Program-made: the position numbers and the translations under genes
The notes under the pieces: model-generated
What the model was told of the DNA's origin: nothing
Databases searched by the model: none
What the model saw: only the letters and a program-made list of their open reading frames with translations
Source of the DNA: Squalus acanthias
Lineage: Eukaryota
Reading direction: 5' to 3'
NCBI GenBank assembly: GCA_030390025.1
Contig: CM059432.1
Location: 21,454,001-21,518,000 of the forward strand
Length of the DNA stretch: 64,000 nucleotides
In this document: positions 1 to 12,200 of the stretch, one piece after another
Layout of the letters: each line of letters begins with the position of its first letter
How positions within the stretch are numbered: position 1 is the stretch's first letter

Positions 1-165
1 AATCTGTTTTTATGTGTTGGTTGAGGGGTAAATAATGGCCAGGACACCAGGAAAAATGAGATCTTCTACATCCACCGGAGAGGCCAGACGGAGCCTCGGT
101 TTAATGCCTCATCTGAAAGATAGCACCTCGAACAGTGCAGCACTCCCTCAGCATGGCACTGAAAT
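1..165 (-). mobile_element. DeuSINE-like (SacSINE1/AmnSINE1-type) SINE fragment
   Basis: Reverse complement matches the SINE body at 5790-6145 (CAGTGC..GAGGGAGTGCTGCACTG..TCTTTCAGATGAG..AAACCGAGGC); family named from recalled Deu-domain consensus. Confidence 0.7.
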
Positions 166-254
166 ATTTCCTCAGTACCACACTTTTACTTCTAAAACAT
201 TACTTACTACATTCTTGTTAACATTGCTCTGTATCAGTACTACTTTGTGGCATA

Positions 255-710
255 CAATAGCAAAATACTGTGGATGCTGGAAATCTGAAATAACAACAGA
301 AAATGCTGTCCTCGGCCTCTTACACTGTTCCATTGAAGCTCAACGTAAGCTCGAGGAACAGCACCTCATCTTTCGATTAGGCACTTTACAGCCTTCTGGA
401 CTCAACATTGAGTTCAACAATTTCAGACTATAACCCCAGCCCCCCATTTTTCAGGCTGTTAATGATTCTGCCATCCCCATTTGCAACATTTAATCTCTCC
501 TGCCTCCTACCCGAGTACAGACTGTTCCTTCAGCTCCTTTCTCCCCTCCCCTCCCCCTTTTCCTGCCTCTGCACCTGCTTAAAACCTGTTACATCTCAAA
601 CCTTTTCCAGTTCTTATGAAGGGTCACAGACCTGAAACGTTAACTCTGTTTCTCTCTCCACGGATGCTGCCTGGCCTGCTGAGTGCTTCCAGCATTTTCT
701 GTTGTTATTT
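255..710 (+). mobile_element. 5'-truncated Penelope-like element: GIY-YIG C-terminus, 3' UTR/pLTR and an inverted terminal segment
   Basis: Peptide EAQRKLEEQHLIFRLGTLQPSGLNIEF* (~308-433) is typical of PLE ORF ends; ~281-308 is inverted relative to ~690-711; 15-bp direct repeat CTACTTTGTGGCATA at 240-254 and 711-725. Confidence 0.8.
613..643 (+). ncRNA. Minimal hammerhead ribozyme motif in PLE 3' end (core mutated)
   Basis: CTTATGA-AGGGTC-ACA-GACCT-GAAA-CGTT: CUGANGA core with G>T change, stem II GGTC/GACC, palindromic AACGTT. Confidence 0.6.
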
Positions 711-1015
711 CTACTTTGTGGCATATATCTGTTACATTTACAACTTTCCATATGTACTGGCTGCTCCTTTACAATAATATGTATCCCTTACCTTTGTACC
801 CTTCTTTAAGATGGAATTTTCTCTGTTGGCACTGAGCCAATTGCTGCTACAATTCAGTACTCCACTGCTTTATTTATTAACAATCTTTATGGCATTCATG
901 TTGATTAACTGGCTCGTTGGCTACTTGAGAAGCTTTAAAGGCTCATTATTACAGGTGCTATTTGTGTTTGTTATCACCAATGGAATCACATGCAAAAGAA
1001 CTGTTTCAAACATAT

Positions 1016-4000
1016 GGGCCACGATATTTACAGGGAGGCGGGGAGGGTGCGGGGGAGGCTGAAAAGGGCCGAAGATTATGTTCGACAGCACCACATTATC
1101 ATTTTATTCTTTCATTTCCCATCCGGCAGCCGGTAAAATTGACAGCCTGGCTGACGGCTGGGAGGGAACACCGGCAGGAGAAGGCCGAGGCCAGGGGCTC
1201 TTGGGGACGGTCCCCAGCAATCGGGAGGGGGAAGATCGGAGATCGGGCCTGCGGGGGTGGTAGGTCGGCAACTGAGACTAGGGAATAGGCTGCGATCGGA
1301 AGGGGGGAGAGAGGCAGGGGATCGGGAGGGGGAGAGAGGTTGGTGATTGGGAGAGAGAGAGAGGTCGGGGAGCGGGAGGGGTAGAGAGGTCGGTGATTGG
1401 GAGAGGGAGAGAGGTCGGTGATCAGCAGGGGGAGAGAGGTCGGTGATTGGGAGAGGGAGAGAGGTCGGTGATCGGGAGGGGGAGACAGGTCGGTGATCGG
1501 GAGGGGAGAGGGTCGGTGATCGGGAGGGGGAGAGAGGTCGGGATCGAGAGGGGGAGAGAGGTCGGGGATCGGGAGGGGGAGAGAGGTCGGGATCGAGAGG
1601 GGGAGAGAGGTCAGTGATCGGGAGGGGGAGAGAGGTCAGTGATCGGGAGGGGGAGAGGGGTCGGGGATCGGGAGGGGGAGAGAGGTCTGGGATCGGGAGG
1701 GGGAGAGAGGTCGGGGATCGGGATGGGGAGAGAAATCGGGAATCGGGATGGGGAGAGAGGTCAGTGATCGGGAGTGAGAGAGGTCGGGGATCGGGAGAGG
1801 GAGAGGGGTCGGTGATGGGGAGAGGGAGAGAGGTCGGTGATCAGCAGGGGGAGAGAGGTCGGTGATCGGGACAGGGAGAGTGGTCGGTGATCGGGAGGGG
1901 GAGAGAGGTCTGGGATCGGGAGGGGGAGATAGGTCGCGGATCGGGAGGGGGAGAGAGGTCGGGGAACGGGAGGGGGAGAGAGGTCGGGGATCGGGAGGGG
2001 GAGAGAGGTCGGTGATCGGGACAGGGAGAGTGGTCGGTGATCGGGAGGGGGAGAGAGGTCGGGGAACGGGAGGGGGAGAGAGGTCGGTGATCGGGAGGGG
2101 GAGAGAGGTCGCGGATCGGGAGGGGGAGAGAGGTCGGGAACGGGAGGGGGAGAGAGGTCGGTGATCAGGAGGGGAAGAGAGGTCGGGGAACGGGAGGGGG
2201 AGAGAGGTCGGTGATCAGGAGGGGAAGAGAGGTCGGTGATCGGGATGGGGAGAGAGATCGGGAATCGGGAGGGGGAGAGAGGTCGGTGATCGGGAGTGAG
2301 AGAGGTCGGGGATCGGGAGGGGGAGAGGTCGGTGATCGGGAGGGGGAGAGGTCGGTGATCGGGAGGGGGAGAGAGGTCTGGGATCGGGAGGGGGAGAGAG
2401 GTCTGGGATCGGGAGGGGGAGAGAGGTCGGTGATCGGGAGGGAGAGAGAGGTCGGTGATCGGGACTGGGAGAGAGGTCGGGGATCGGGATGGGGAGAGAG
2501 GTCGGTGATCAGCAGGGGGAGAGAGGTCGGTGATCAGGACTGGGAGAGAGGTCGGGGATCGGGAGGGGGAGAGAGGTCGGGGATCGGGAGAGGGAGAGAG
2601 GTCGGGGATCGGGAGGGGGAGAGAGGTCGGTGATCAGGACTGGGAGAGAGGTCGAGGATCGGGAGGGGGAGAGAGGTCGGGGATCAGGAGGGGGAGAGGT
2701 CGGTGATCGGGAGGGGGAGAGAGGTCGGGGATCGGGAGGGGGAGAGGTCGGTCATCGGGAGGGGGAGAGAGGTCGGTGATCGGGAGGGGAGAGAGGTCGG
2801 GGATCGGGAGGGGGAGAGGTCGGGGATCGGGAGGGGGAGAGGTTGGGGATCGGGAGGGGAGAGGTCGGTGATCGGGAGTGTGAGAGGTCGGGATCGGGAG
2901 GGGAGAGAGGTCGGTGATCGGGAGGGAGAGAGAGGTCGGTGATCGGGACTGGGAGAGAGGTCGGGGATCGGGAGGGGGAGAGAGGTCGGGGATCGGGAGA
3001 GGGAGAGAGGTTGGTGATCGGGACGGGGAGACAGGTCGGTGATTGGGAGAGGGTGAGAGGTCGGGATCGGGAGAGGGAGAGAGGTCGGTGATCGGGAGGG
3101 GGAGAGAGGTCGGGGATCGGGAGGGGGAGAGAGGTCGGGGATCGGGAGGGGGAGAGAGGTCGGGGATCGGGAGGGGGAGAGGTCGGTGATCGGGAGGGGG
3201 AGAGAGGTCGGTGATCGGGAGGGGGAGAGAGGTCGGGGATCGGGAGGGGGAGAGAGGTCGGGGATCGGGAGGGGGAGAGAGGTCGGGGATCGGGAGGGGG
3301 AGACAGGTCGGTGATTGGGAGAGGGTGAGAGGCCGGGATCGGGAGAGGGAGAGAGGTCGATGATCGGGAGGGGGAGAGAGGTCTGGGATCGGGAGGGGGA
3401 GAGAGGTCTGGGATCGGGAGGGGGAGAGAGGTCGGGGATCGGGAGAGGGAGAGAGGTCGGTGATCGGGAGAGGGAGAGAGGTTGGTGATCGGGAGGGGGA
3501 GAGGTTGGGGATCGGGACGGGGAGAGAGGTCGGTGATTGGGAGAGGGTGAGAGGTCGGGATCGGGAGGGGGAGAGAGGTCGGGGATCGGGAGGGGGAGAG
3601 AGGTCGGGGATCGGGAGGGGGAGAGGTTGGTGATCGGGAGGGGGAGAGGTCGGTGATCGGGAGGGGGAGAGGTCGGGGATCGGGAGGGGGAGAGAGGTCG
3701 GTGATCGGGAGGGGGAGAGAGGTCGGTGATCGGGAGGGGGAGAGGTCGGGGATCGAGAGGGGGAGAGGTCGGGGATCGGGAGGGGGAGAGGTAGGTGATC
3801 GGGAGAGGGAGAGAGGTCGGGGATCGAGAGGGGGAGAGGTCGGGGATCAGAAGGGGGAGAGAGGTCGGTGATCGGGAGGGGGAGAGGTCGGGGATCGGGA
3901 GGGGGAGAGGTCGGGGATCGGGAGGGGGAGAGGTCGGGGATCGGGAGGGGGAGAGGTCGGGGATCAGAAGGGGGAGAGAGGTCGGTGATCACGAGGGGGA

Positions 4001-5392
4001 GAGGTCGGGGATCGGGAGGGGGAGAGAGGTCGGTGATCGGGAGGGGGAGAGGTCGGGGATCAGAAGGGGGAGAGAGGTCGGTGATCACGAGGGGGAGAGG
4101 TCGGGGATCGGGAGGGGGAGAGAGGTCGGTGATCGGGAGGGGCAGAGAGTTCGGGAATCGGGAGTGAGCGTGGTCGGTGATCAGGATGGGGAGAGAGGTC
4201 GGGGATCGGGAGGGGGAGAGAGGTCAGGGATCTGGAGGGGGAGAAGTCGGTGATTGGGACGGGGAGAGAGATCGGTTATCAGGAGGGGGAGAGAGGTCGG
4301 GGATCGGGAGGGGGAGAGAGGTCAGGGATCTGGAGGGGGAGAAGTCGGTGATTGGGACGGGGAGAGAGGTCGGGTATCTGGAGGGGGAGAAGTCAGTGAT
4401 TGGGAGGGGGAGAGAGGTCGGGGATCGGGAGGGGGAGAGAGGTCGGGGATCGGGAGGGGGAGAGAGGTCGGTGATCGGGAGAGGGAGAGAGGTCAGGGAT
4501 CTGGAGGGGGAGAAGTCGGTGATCGGGAGGGGGAGAGAGGTCGGTGATCGGGAGAGGGAGAGAGGTCAGGGATCTGGAGGGGGAGAAGTCGGTGATTGGG
4601 ACGGGGAGAGAGGTCGGTGATCGGGAGAGGGAGAGAGGTCGGGTATCTGGAGGGGGAGAAGTCGGTGATCGGGAGAGGGAGAGAGGTTGGTGATCGGGGG
4701 GGAGAGAGGTCTGTGATCGGGATGGGGAGAGAGGTCGGTGATTGGGACGGGGAGAGAGGTCGGGGATCGGGAGGGGGAGAGAGGTCGGGGATCGGGTGGG
4801 GGAGCGAGGTCGGGAATCGGGTGGGGGAGTGAGGTCGGGGATCGGGAGGGAGAGAGGTCGGGGATCAGGAGGGAGAGGTCGGGGATCGGGAGTGAGAGAG
4901 GTCGGGGATCGGGAGGAAGAGGTCGGGGATCGGGAGGGGGAGAGACGTCAGTGATCAGGACGGGGAGAGAGGTCCGTGATCAGGAGGGGGAAGAGAGGCC
5001 GGCGATCAGGAGTGGGATGCTGAAGGCTTTCTTGAGGGGCCGGGTGGAGCAATCTTGCTGTTCCTGCCCCACAGGGAGTGCTGAGAAAGGGACTTACATT
5101 GTGGAGCCGGCTGGTCCCGCCTCCCTTCACTGCTGGGTTTCCCGACCCCCGCGAAACCCATGCTGCAGCAGTGAATTTTATGTCAGGCTCCCAATTGCAC
5201 CGTGGGAGCCCGATTTAAATATACTAATTAAGTATTCAGCCTCTCCACGGCGGAACAGTCAGACGTCCCGATAATCGTCACCGTAAAAATGGTGTGTTGG
5301 TGACGCGTTCCCCGTGTTTAAATCTGAACACTCTCGACCCTCTCCCAAGCGCCATTGGGGGTGGAGGGTGGGGGGCGTTAATAGTGAGGCCC
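1016..5392. mobile_element. Probable Harbinger-type non-autonomous element hosting the G-rich satellite
   Basis: Imperfect TIRs GGGCCACGATATTTAC vs revcomp GGGCCTCACTATTAAC (12/16); GC-rich arms; TSD not preserved. Confidence 0.45.
1290..4995. repeat. G-rich tandem satellite, ~23-25 bp unit GGGAGGGGGAGAGAGGTCGG(G/T)GATC
   Basis: Directly visible array of ~3.7 kb; produces the spurious Gly/Arg/Glu- and Pro-rich ORFs. Confidence 0.97.
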
Positions 5393-5511
5393 TGATATCT
5401 GCAGCATTGTTATCAGTTTATCACCTTTGAAGAAAAGTAGCCATTTTATCTATTTTTTGAAAAGCTTCGGAATACAGAATACATTTATCAATAGAACACT
5501 TTACCACTTAC

Positions 5512-5625
5512 CTCTCTGTCTCCGAGCTCATCTCATAAAATGTGCTTTCAGCAGTCACGAATGCTCTGCTGAACACTATCCTGTGTTTCACCATTAGTGA
5601 CACTACAGGAGAGCCACTTGTAATT
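5512..5625 (-). other. Candidate isolated exon
   Basis: TTTCTAG acceptor, GAG|GTAAGT donor, 114 nt with one open frame; product not recognised. Confidence 0.22.
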
Positions 5626-5789
5626 CTAGAAAGTTTTTTTCTTTGAAGCCGGTTTTATCATTTTCTTTGCTATGTTCGCTTCCATTTAAGGTGAGAGCTT
5701 GCAGTTTTGTACTTACACTCAAGATATTTATATTTCTTTCACATCATTGGGTGTCTCCAAGCCATGGCTGTTCTTGGGCTATTCCTGGC

Positions 5790-6145
5790 TGTATCAGCTA
5801 AGGCTGAGCGGTAGCACTCTTACCCCTGAGTCAGAAGGTTGTGATTCAAGTCCCAGTCCAGAGACGAGCACATAATCGAGGCTGACACTCCAGTGCAGTA
5901 CTGAGGGAATGCTGCACTGTCGGAGGTGCCGTCTTTCAGATGAGAAGATAAACCAAGGCCCCGTCTGCCCTCTCAGCTGCATGTAAAAGATCCAATGGCA
6001 CTATTGAAGAAAAACAGGAAGTTGTGTCCTGGCCAATACTTATCACTAACCCAGTATCACTAAACTAGATTATCTGGACATTATCATATTGCTGTTTGTG
6101 GAAAATTGCAGTGTGCAAATTGGCTGCCACCTTTCCTACATTACA
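5790..6145 (+). mobile_element. DeuSINE-like SINE, near full length
   Basis: tRNA-like head (GGTAGCACTCTT..GGTTGTGATTCAAGTCCC) followed by Deu-like core (GATGAG..AAAGATCC..GGCACTA..GTGTCCTGGCCAA). Confidence 0.75.
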
Positions 6146-6225
6146 GCAATATCATAGTATGATGCAGCACAGAAGGAGGCTATTCGGCTTATTGTGCAGG
6201 CTCTTTGGTAGAGCTGTCCAATAAG

Positions 6226-7192
6226 TGTAGAAAGTATGTACAGACCCTTAATTTTAATATTTCTTGAAATGCTTTGCCAGGTAAAAAGGTTTAACAAAAT
6301 GAAATAAAGTTGGTGAATGTAACAAGCAGTCTTTCACTGATAAGGCAGGAAACATGGTTGTGACTGCAGGGAGTAGTGATAGACAACAGAGATAAACAAA
6401 CCCCCTTAACTTCACCTGACGAAGGTGCAGCGCTCCGAAAGCTTGTGATTTCAAATAAAGCTGTTGGACTATAACCTGGTGTTGTGTGACTTCTCACTTT
6501 TGTCCACCCCAGTCCAACACCAGCATCTCCACATCATTAGTATTGTAGACATGGTGTCTCTGGTGACCTTTCTGAGGTGAGAAGTCAAACCTTTGAAGTT
6601 TTGAAATGCAGAATACGACGTAACTCATGAACCGAACCAAGTGGTTTTCTGCCACCTTTGTAAACTTTAGGAGTGAATGAACAATTTTGGGCTGTGATAA
6701 GGACAAACTGAATAATAGCCACACAGGATGTGTGATTGTAAATGTTTGACAGCTCAAAACAGCTCAGACCAACATGTAAAGGAACGTTTCACTATCTCTG
6801 AATGAATGATTTAATGCAAAAGACAAGGAAAGCTGTACAAAGCACAGTGGCTGAAGAATATCGGCACTGCAGTTAGAAGAAGGTGGCTTGGCCAGTCATC
6901 TCGCCTACGAGGATCAGGCTGCAGTCGGAGGAAGGAGGGGCCTGGCCAGTCTTTTCGCTTATGAGGACCTACAATCAACGCTGGACCGATCATCGGCGGG
7001 TGGTTGTATGTATGATTTCCTGTAATATTATTGGTGAACTGCTCGAATAGTGGTTGGGGTTTTGAATCTGTCTTCGGAACAATAAAAGGTTAAAGACAGA
7101 ACCCGTGTGTCTGGTGTAATTTCTCATCAGTCTCAAGTCCGAACTCTATAAACCTGTTGGACGGGGTGAGGGGTAATTCCGCATGTCTTACA
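6226..7192 (+). mobile_element. Probable solo LTR (~970 bp)
   Basis: TGTA...TACA termini; interrupts a CR1 tail; imperfect 4-bp TSD TAAG/GAAG; AATAAA at 7081. Confidence 0.6.
6410..6538 (+). mobile_element. Short PLE-pLTR-like cassette with hammerhead motif
   Basis: CTGACGA-AGGTGC-AGC-GCTCC-GAAA-GCTT, then AATAAA and GTTGGACTATAACCTGGTGTTGTG; homologs at ~36058 and ~56841. Confidence 0.7.
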
Positions 7193-8976
7193 GAAGTCCC
7201 ATTCCCCTGCTCTTTCCCCATAGCCCTGTAAATTCCTTTCAAGTAGTTATCCAATTCCCTTTTGAAAGTTACTATTGAATCTGCTTCCACCACCCTTTTA
7301 GGCAGTGCATTCCAGATCATAACAACTCGCAGCATCAAAAAATGTTTCCTCATATCGCCTCTGATTCTTTTGTCAATCATCTTAAATATGTGTCCTCTAG
7401 TTACAGACTCTCCTGCTACTGGAAGCAGTTTTTCCCTCTTTACTCTATCGTAACCGTTCATGATTTTGAACACCTTTATCAAATCCCCTCTTAACCTTCT
7501 CTGCTCTAAGGAGAACAATTCCAGCTTCTCCAGTCTCTCCAAATAACTCTAGTCCCTCATCCCTGGTACCATTCTAGTAAATCTCTTCTGCATCCTCGCT
7601 AAGGCCTTGACATCCTTCCTAGAGTGTGGTGTCCAGAATTGAACACAATACTCCAGCTGAGGCCCAACCAGTGTTTTATAATGGTTTAGCATAACTGCCT
7701 TGCATTTGCTTCTCTATGCCCCTATTAATAAAGCCAAGGATCCCATATGCTTTTTTAACAGCGTTCTCAACCTGCCCTGCCACCTTCAAAGACTTGTGTA
7801 CGTACACCCCCAGGTCTCTCTGTTCCTGCATCCCCCTTTATAATTGTACCATTTTGTTTATATTGCCTCTCCTCATTCTTCCTACCAAAATGTATCACTT
7901 CACACTTCTCTGCATTAAATTTCATCTGCCGTGTGTCTGCCCATTTCACCAGTCCGTCTATGTCTTCCTGACGTCTGTTACTATCCTCCTCATTGTTTAC
8001 TACATTTCCGATTTTTAAACTACTGGGACAGACAATTTGCATCCTGTCATCTGTCAGTACAGAATAGGTTGTGGCTGGCAGGCAGTGATTGGAGACAAGT
8101 GATGAGCATTGATGTAGATAAAGGTATGGCATTCTTAACTGAAGTATATTACTAGCGTTAAGGGATGCATAAAGGATACTACATAGAATTACATAGATTA
8201 TACAGAACAGAAACAGGCCATTCGGCCCAAACAGCCCATGAAGGCATTTATGCTCCACTCGAGCCACCTCCCATCCTTCTTCATCTAATATTATCAGCAT
8301 AATCCTCTATTTGTTTCTCCCTCATATGCTTATCTAGCTTCCCCTTAAATGCATCTATACTATTCGCCTCAACTAATCCCTGTGGTAGCAAGTTCCACAT
8401 TCTTACCACTCTCTGGGTAAAGAATTTTCTTCTGATTTCTCTATTTGTTTTCTTGGTGGCTATCTTATATTGATGTCCTCTAGTTTTGCTCTACAAATGG
8501 AAACACTCTCTCTGTGTCTACTCTATCAAATCCTTTCATAATTTTAAAGACCTCTATTAGGTTACCCCTCAGCCTTCTCTTTTCAAAAGAAAAGAGACCC
8601 AGCCTTTTCATCCTTTCCTGATAGGTATAACCTCACAGTTCTGGTATCATCCTTGTAAATTATTTTTGCACCTTCTCCAGTGCCTCTATGTCCTTTTCAT
8701 AATTTGGCGACCAGAACTGCACACAATACTTCAAGTGTGGTCTAACCAAGGTTCGATACAAGTTTAGCATAACTTCTCTACTTTTCATTTCTATCCCTTT
8801 AGAAATAAACTTAGTGCTTGGTTTGCTTTTTTTTATGGCTTTATTGACCTGTGTCGCAACTTTTAGAGATTTGTGAATTTGTCGTCCCAGATCCCTTAGC
8901 TCCTCTACCCCATTTAGATTCTTATTTTCTAAGTAATATGTGACCTTCTTATTTTTCTTACCGAAATGTAATACTT

Positions 8977-9241
8977 TGTGGCGGATCGCCACCTAAAATG
9001 GGCATAATCCACTCTTCCGTCTGTGGACAAATTTCCAGCCCCTTCTCCTTTAAGGCACATTACCTTTAAGGCAGAAGGGGGCGGGGCCTCAGGTTTTACC
9101 CAGAGAATTCTGGCAGTTTTTAGCAGAGAATTCTGGGAGCAGTTTTCTCTCAGCCTTTTTGTGTAGCATGCAGTGAATAAATGTTTCTTGTTTTCCACAT
9201 ATGGATTCAGCCTCCATTCGTGTTTCGCGGCAGCCTCAACA
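8977..9241 (+). repeat. 5' LTR
   Basis: TGTGG...CAACA; 5 substitutions versus the 3' LTR by manual comparison; GC box and AATAAA. Confidence 0.96.
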
Positions 9242-9242
9242 T

Positions 9243-9256
9243 TGGTGACCCCAACG
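9243..9256 (+). promoter_or_regulatory. Primer-binding site, tRNA-Trp type
   Basis: TGGTGACCCCAACG next to the LTR; 13/14 match to the tRNA-Trp PBS TGGTGACCCCGACG. Confidence 0.85.
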
Positions 9257-9281
9257 CTCAGAACGTATTCCGAGCACTGCA

Positions 9282-12200
9282 ATGGCGGACACGAACGCAG
9301 TTTCCGTGAAACTGCCGGAGTTTTGGGAAAACCAGCCCGAAGCCTGGTTTCTCCAAGCTGAATCTCGCTTCCGGCTGCGAAATATCACCACAGATGGGAC
9401 GAAGTACGACTATCTCGTCACATCACTCAGTAGCGCTGCAGTTTCCAAGGTTTGGACAACGCTGCAGAACCCACCAGAGGAAGGCAAGTACGCACATCTC
9501 AGAACAGCGCTCCTTAAAAAATTTACGGCCTCGGCATATCAGGAAACTGCCACCTCCTCGACCTTCCAGGCCTCGGTGATGCCTCACCGTCAGACCTCCT
9601 CTCCCACATGCTCTCCCTCACCGACGAGAGCCCACCCGGATCCCTCTTCCGCACGCTGTTCATCCGCCAGCTCCCTCTCAGCATCTGCCCAGCGATCGTG
9701 GCGTCCGGCCTCACGAACCTGGAAGCCCTGGCCGATGAGGCCGACAAGCTGCTGTCCGCTCACTCCAGCCGCGACGTCACTCCGGACCTGGCAGCCAGTG
9801 CCTGGGTGTGCCCCTCACCATCCAGCACGCGGCCACAAGGGCCTGTCACCAGGCCCACGGGGCCTTCGCGCCCCACTAACCCGGGCCACTGTTACTACCA
9901 CGCACGGTTCGGCGCCAGGGCACAACGGTGCACACCTCCCTGCTCTTTCAAGTCCGCCCCCGTTCTAGCCCCCGCGATGGCCGTGGGCCACGCGGGCTCC
10001 CTGCTGTTCGTCACGGATGACAAAACCGGCCGCCGGTTCCTGTGCGACACTGGGGCTCAGCACAGCATCATCCCGGCCTCCTCCCTCGACGTCCAAAAGG
10101 GCGAACGAGGACCGGCGCTGGCCGCTGCTAATGGCTTGGAAATCCGAACGTATGGCACCCGGACAGTCACCCTCGACCTCGCTGGTCACCGCTACCGATG
10201 GGAGTTCATCACTGCCAAGGTGCTCTCCCCCCTCATCAGCGCAGATTTCCTGTGCGCCCACGGCCTACTGGTAGACATCCCTCGTTACCGCCTCGTGGAC
10301 ATGAACACCCTGTCCCCCATCCTGAGCACCATGGCCCCCCATCAACCCGCCGACATGGCGTCACAGTGCCACGCCCGGGCCACGGATGACTACTCGGCAC
10401 TCCTGGCCGAATTCCCGGCCCTTACCAATCCGACCTTCTCTGCAGAGGCCGCCAAACACGGGGTGGAACACTTCATCCCCACCACAGGCCCCCCAGTGTA
10501 CGCCCACGCCCGCAGGCTGGACCCGGCCAAACTGGAGATTGCGCAGACCGAGTTTGCCACCATGGAACAGCTCGGCATCATCTGCCGCTCCAACAGTCCC
10601 TGGGCCTCCCCACTCCACATCGCCCCCAAACCAGGCGGAGGTTGGCGCCCCTGCGGGGATTACCGCCGCCTCAATGACGCCACCACCCCTGATCGGTACC
10701 CCGTGCCGCACATTCAGGACTTCTCGGCTAGACTGGCCGGCCGCTCAGTCTTTTCCAAGGTCGACCTGGTGCGCGGCTACCACCAAGTCCTCGTCCACCC
10801 CGCGGACGTCCCCAAGACGGCCGTAATCACCCCCTTCGGCTTGTTCGAGTTCCTGCGGATGCCCTTCGGCCTCAAAAACGCGGCCCAGGCATTCCAACGG
10901 CTCATGGACTCGGTCCTTCGGGACCTGAAGTTCCTGTTCGTCTACCTGGACGACATCCTGGTAGCCAGTTCCTCCAAGCAGGAACACCTCGAACACCTTC
11001 GCATCCTGTTAGGGCGCCTCAGCGACCACGGGCTCATCCTCAGCCCAGCCAAATGCCAGTTCGGCCTGGACAAGATCGACTTCCTTGGCCACCACATCAC
11101 CCATGCTGGGGCCATTCCCCTGCCCACCAAGGTGCAGGCCGTCCAACAATTTCCCCGCCCCACCACCATCAAAGGCCTCCAGGAGTTCCTCGGGATGGTG
11201 AATTTCTATAACCGCTTCATCCCCGAAGCGGCGTCCCTCATGAGGCCCCTGTATGAAGCCCTCCGGGGCAGGAGCGGCAAAATGGCGGTCGAATGGACGG
11301 CAGACGCGTCCGCCGCCTTTGATTCCACCAAGACCGCGCTCGCCAACGCTACCCTGCTCGCGCACCCACGGCCCAATGCCAGGGTAGCGCTCACCACGGA
11401 CGCCTCCGACCACGCGGTCGGCGCCGTGTATGAGCAGTGGGTTGACGGCGCCTGACAACCACTTGCCTTCTTCAGCCGCCAACTACGCCCCCCGGAGGTC
11501 AAGTACAGCACCTTCGACTGCGAGCTCCTCGCGCTGTTCCTGGCGGTCCGCCATTTCCGGTTTTTGCTTGAGGGCCACCCCTTCACTGCGTTTGTCGACC
11601 ACAAGCCCCTGACATTCGCAATGGCAAAGACAACCGACCCCTGGTCCGCCAGGCAGCAGCGCCAGCTCGCGGCAGTGTCCGAGTTCGCCACGGACATCCA
11701 ACACGTCTCCGGCCGAGACAATGTGGTAGCCGACTGCCTCTCCCGCCCCGCCATCCATGCCGCACACCTAGCAGTCGACTACGCTCAACTCGCAGCAGAC
11801 CAGAGCACCGACTCTGATCTGCTCTCCGCACCCACCAACCTACCAGGGCTACGCCTGGCCGACGTCGCCTGTGGCCCGACCGCAGTCACGGTCAAGTGCG
11901 ACATATGCCTATGTCAACCTCGGCCCGTCGTCCCAGCGTCCTGGCGCCGCCGGGTATTCGACATTCTCCACAACCTCTCCCACCCCGGTGCCCGCGCATC
12001 CATCAAATTGGTAGCCAACCGCTTTGTCTGGCGCGGCCTTCGCAAGGATGTGCGTACTTGGGCCAACTCCTGCCTAGCCTGCCAACGGGCCAAGGTACAG
12101 CAACACACGAAAGCACCCCTCGAGGAGTTTACCGTCCCCTCGCGGAGATTCGACAACATCCACGTGGACATCGTCGGGCCCCTGCCGCCGTCGCAAGGCC

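Larger units (their letters stand above)
6150..8015 (-). mobile_element. CR1 (HER1-like) LINE 3' portion, split by a solo LTR at 6226-7192
   Basis: Peptides LEQRRLRGDLIKVFK and MKFNAEKCEVIHFGRKN; tail sequence resumes at ~7193. Confidence 0.85.

Noticed and set aside
1614..4954. Long RG/E-rich and Pro-rich ORFs (e.g. 484 aa at 2634-4088)
   Set aside because: Translations of the tandem satellite; open in several frames on both strands
1290..4995. CRISPR-like array
   Set aside because: Head-to-tail repeats without unique spacers, no cas genes, eukaryotic context
5790..5870. tRNA gene
   Set aside because: tRNA-like head of a SINE; no complete cloverleaf
11453..11455. Programmed readthrough at the TGA in pol
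   Set aside because: Falls at a likely Trp codon inside RNase H; a TGG>TGA mutation is simpler in a copy that also has frameshifts
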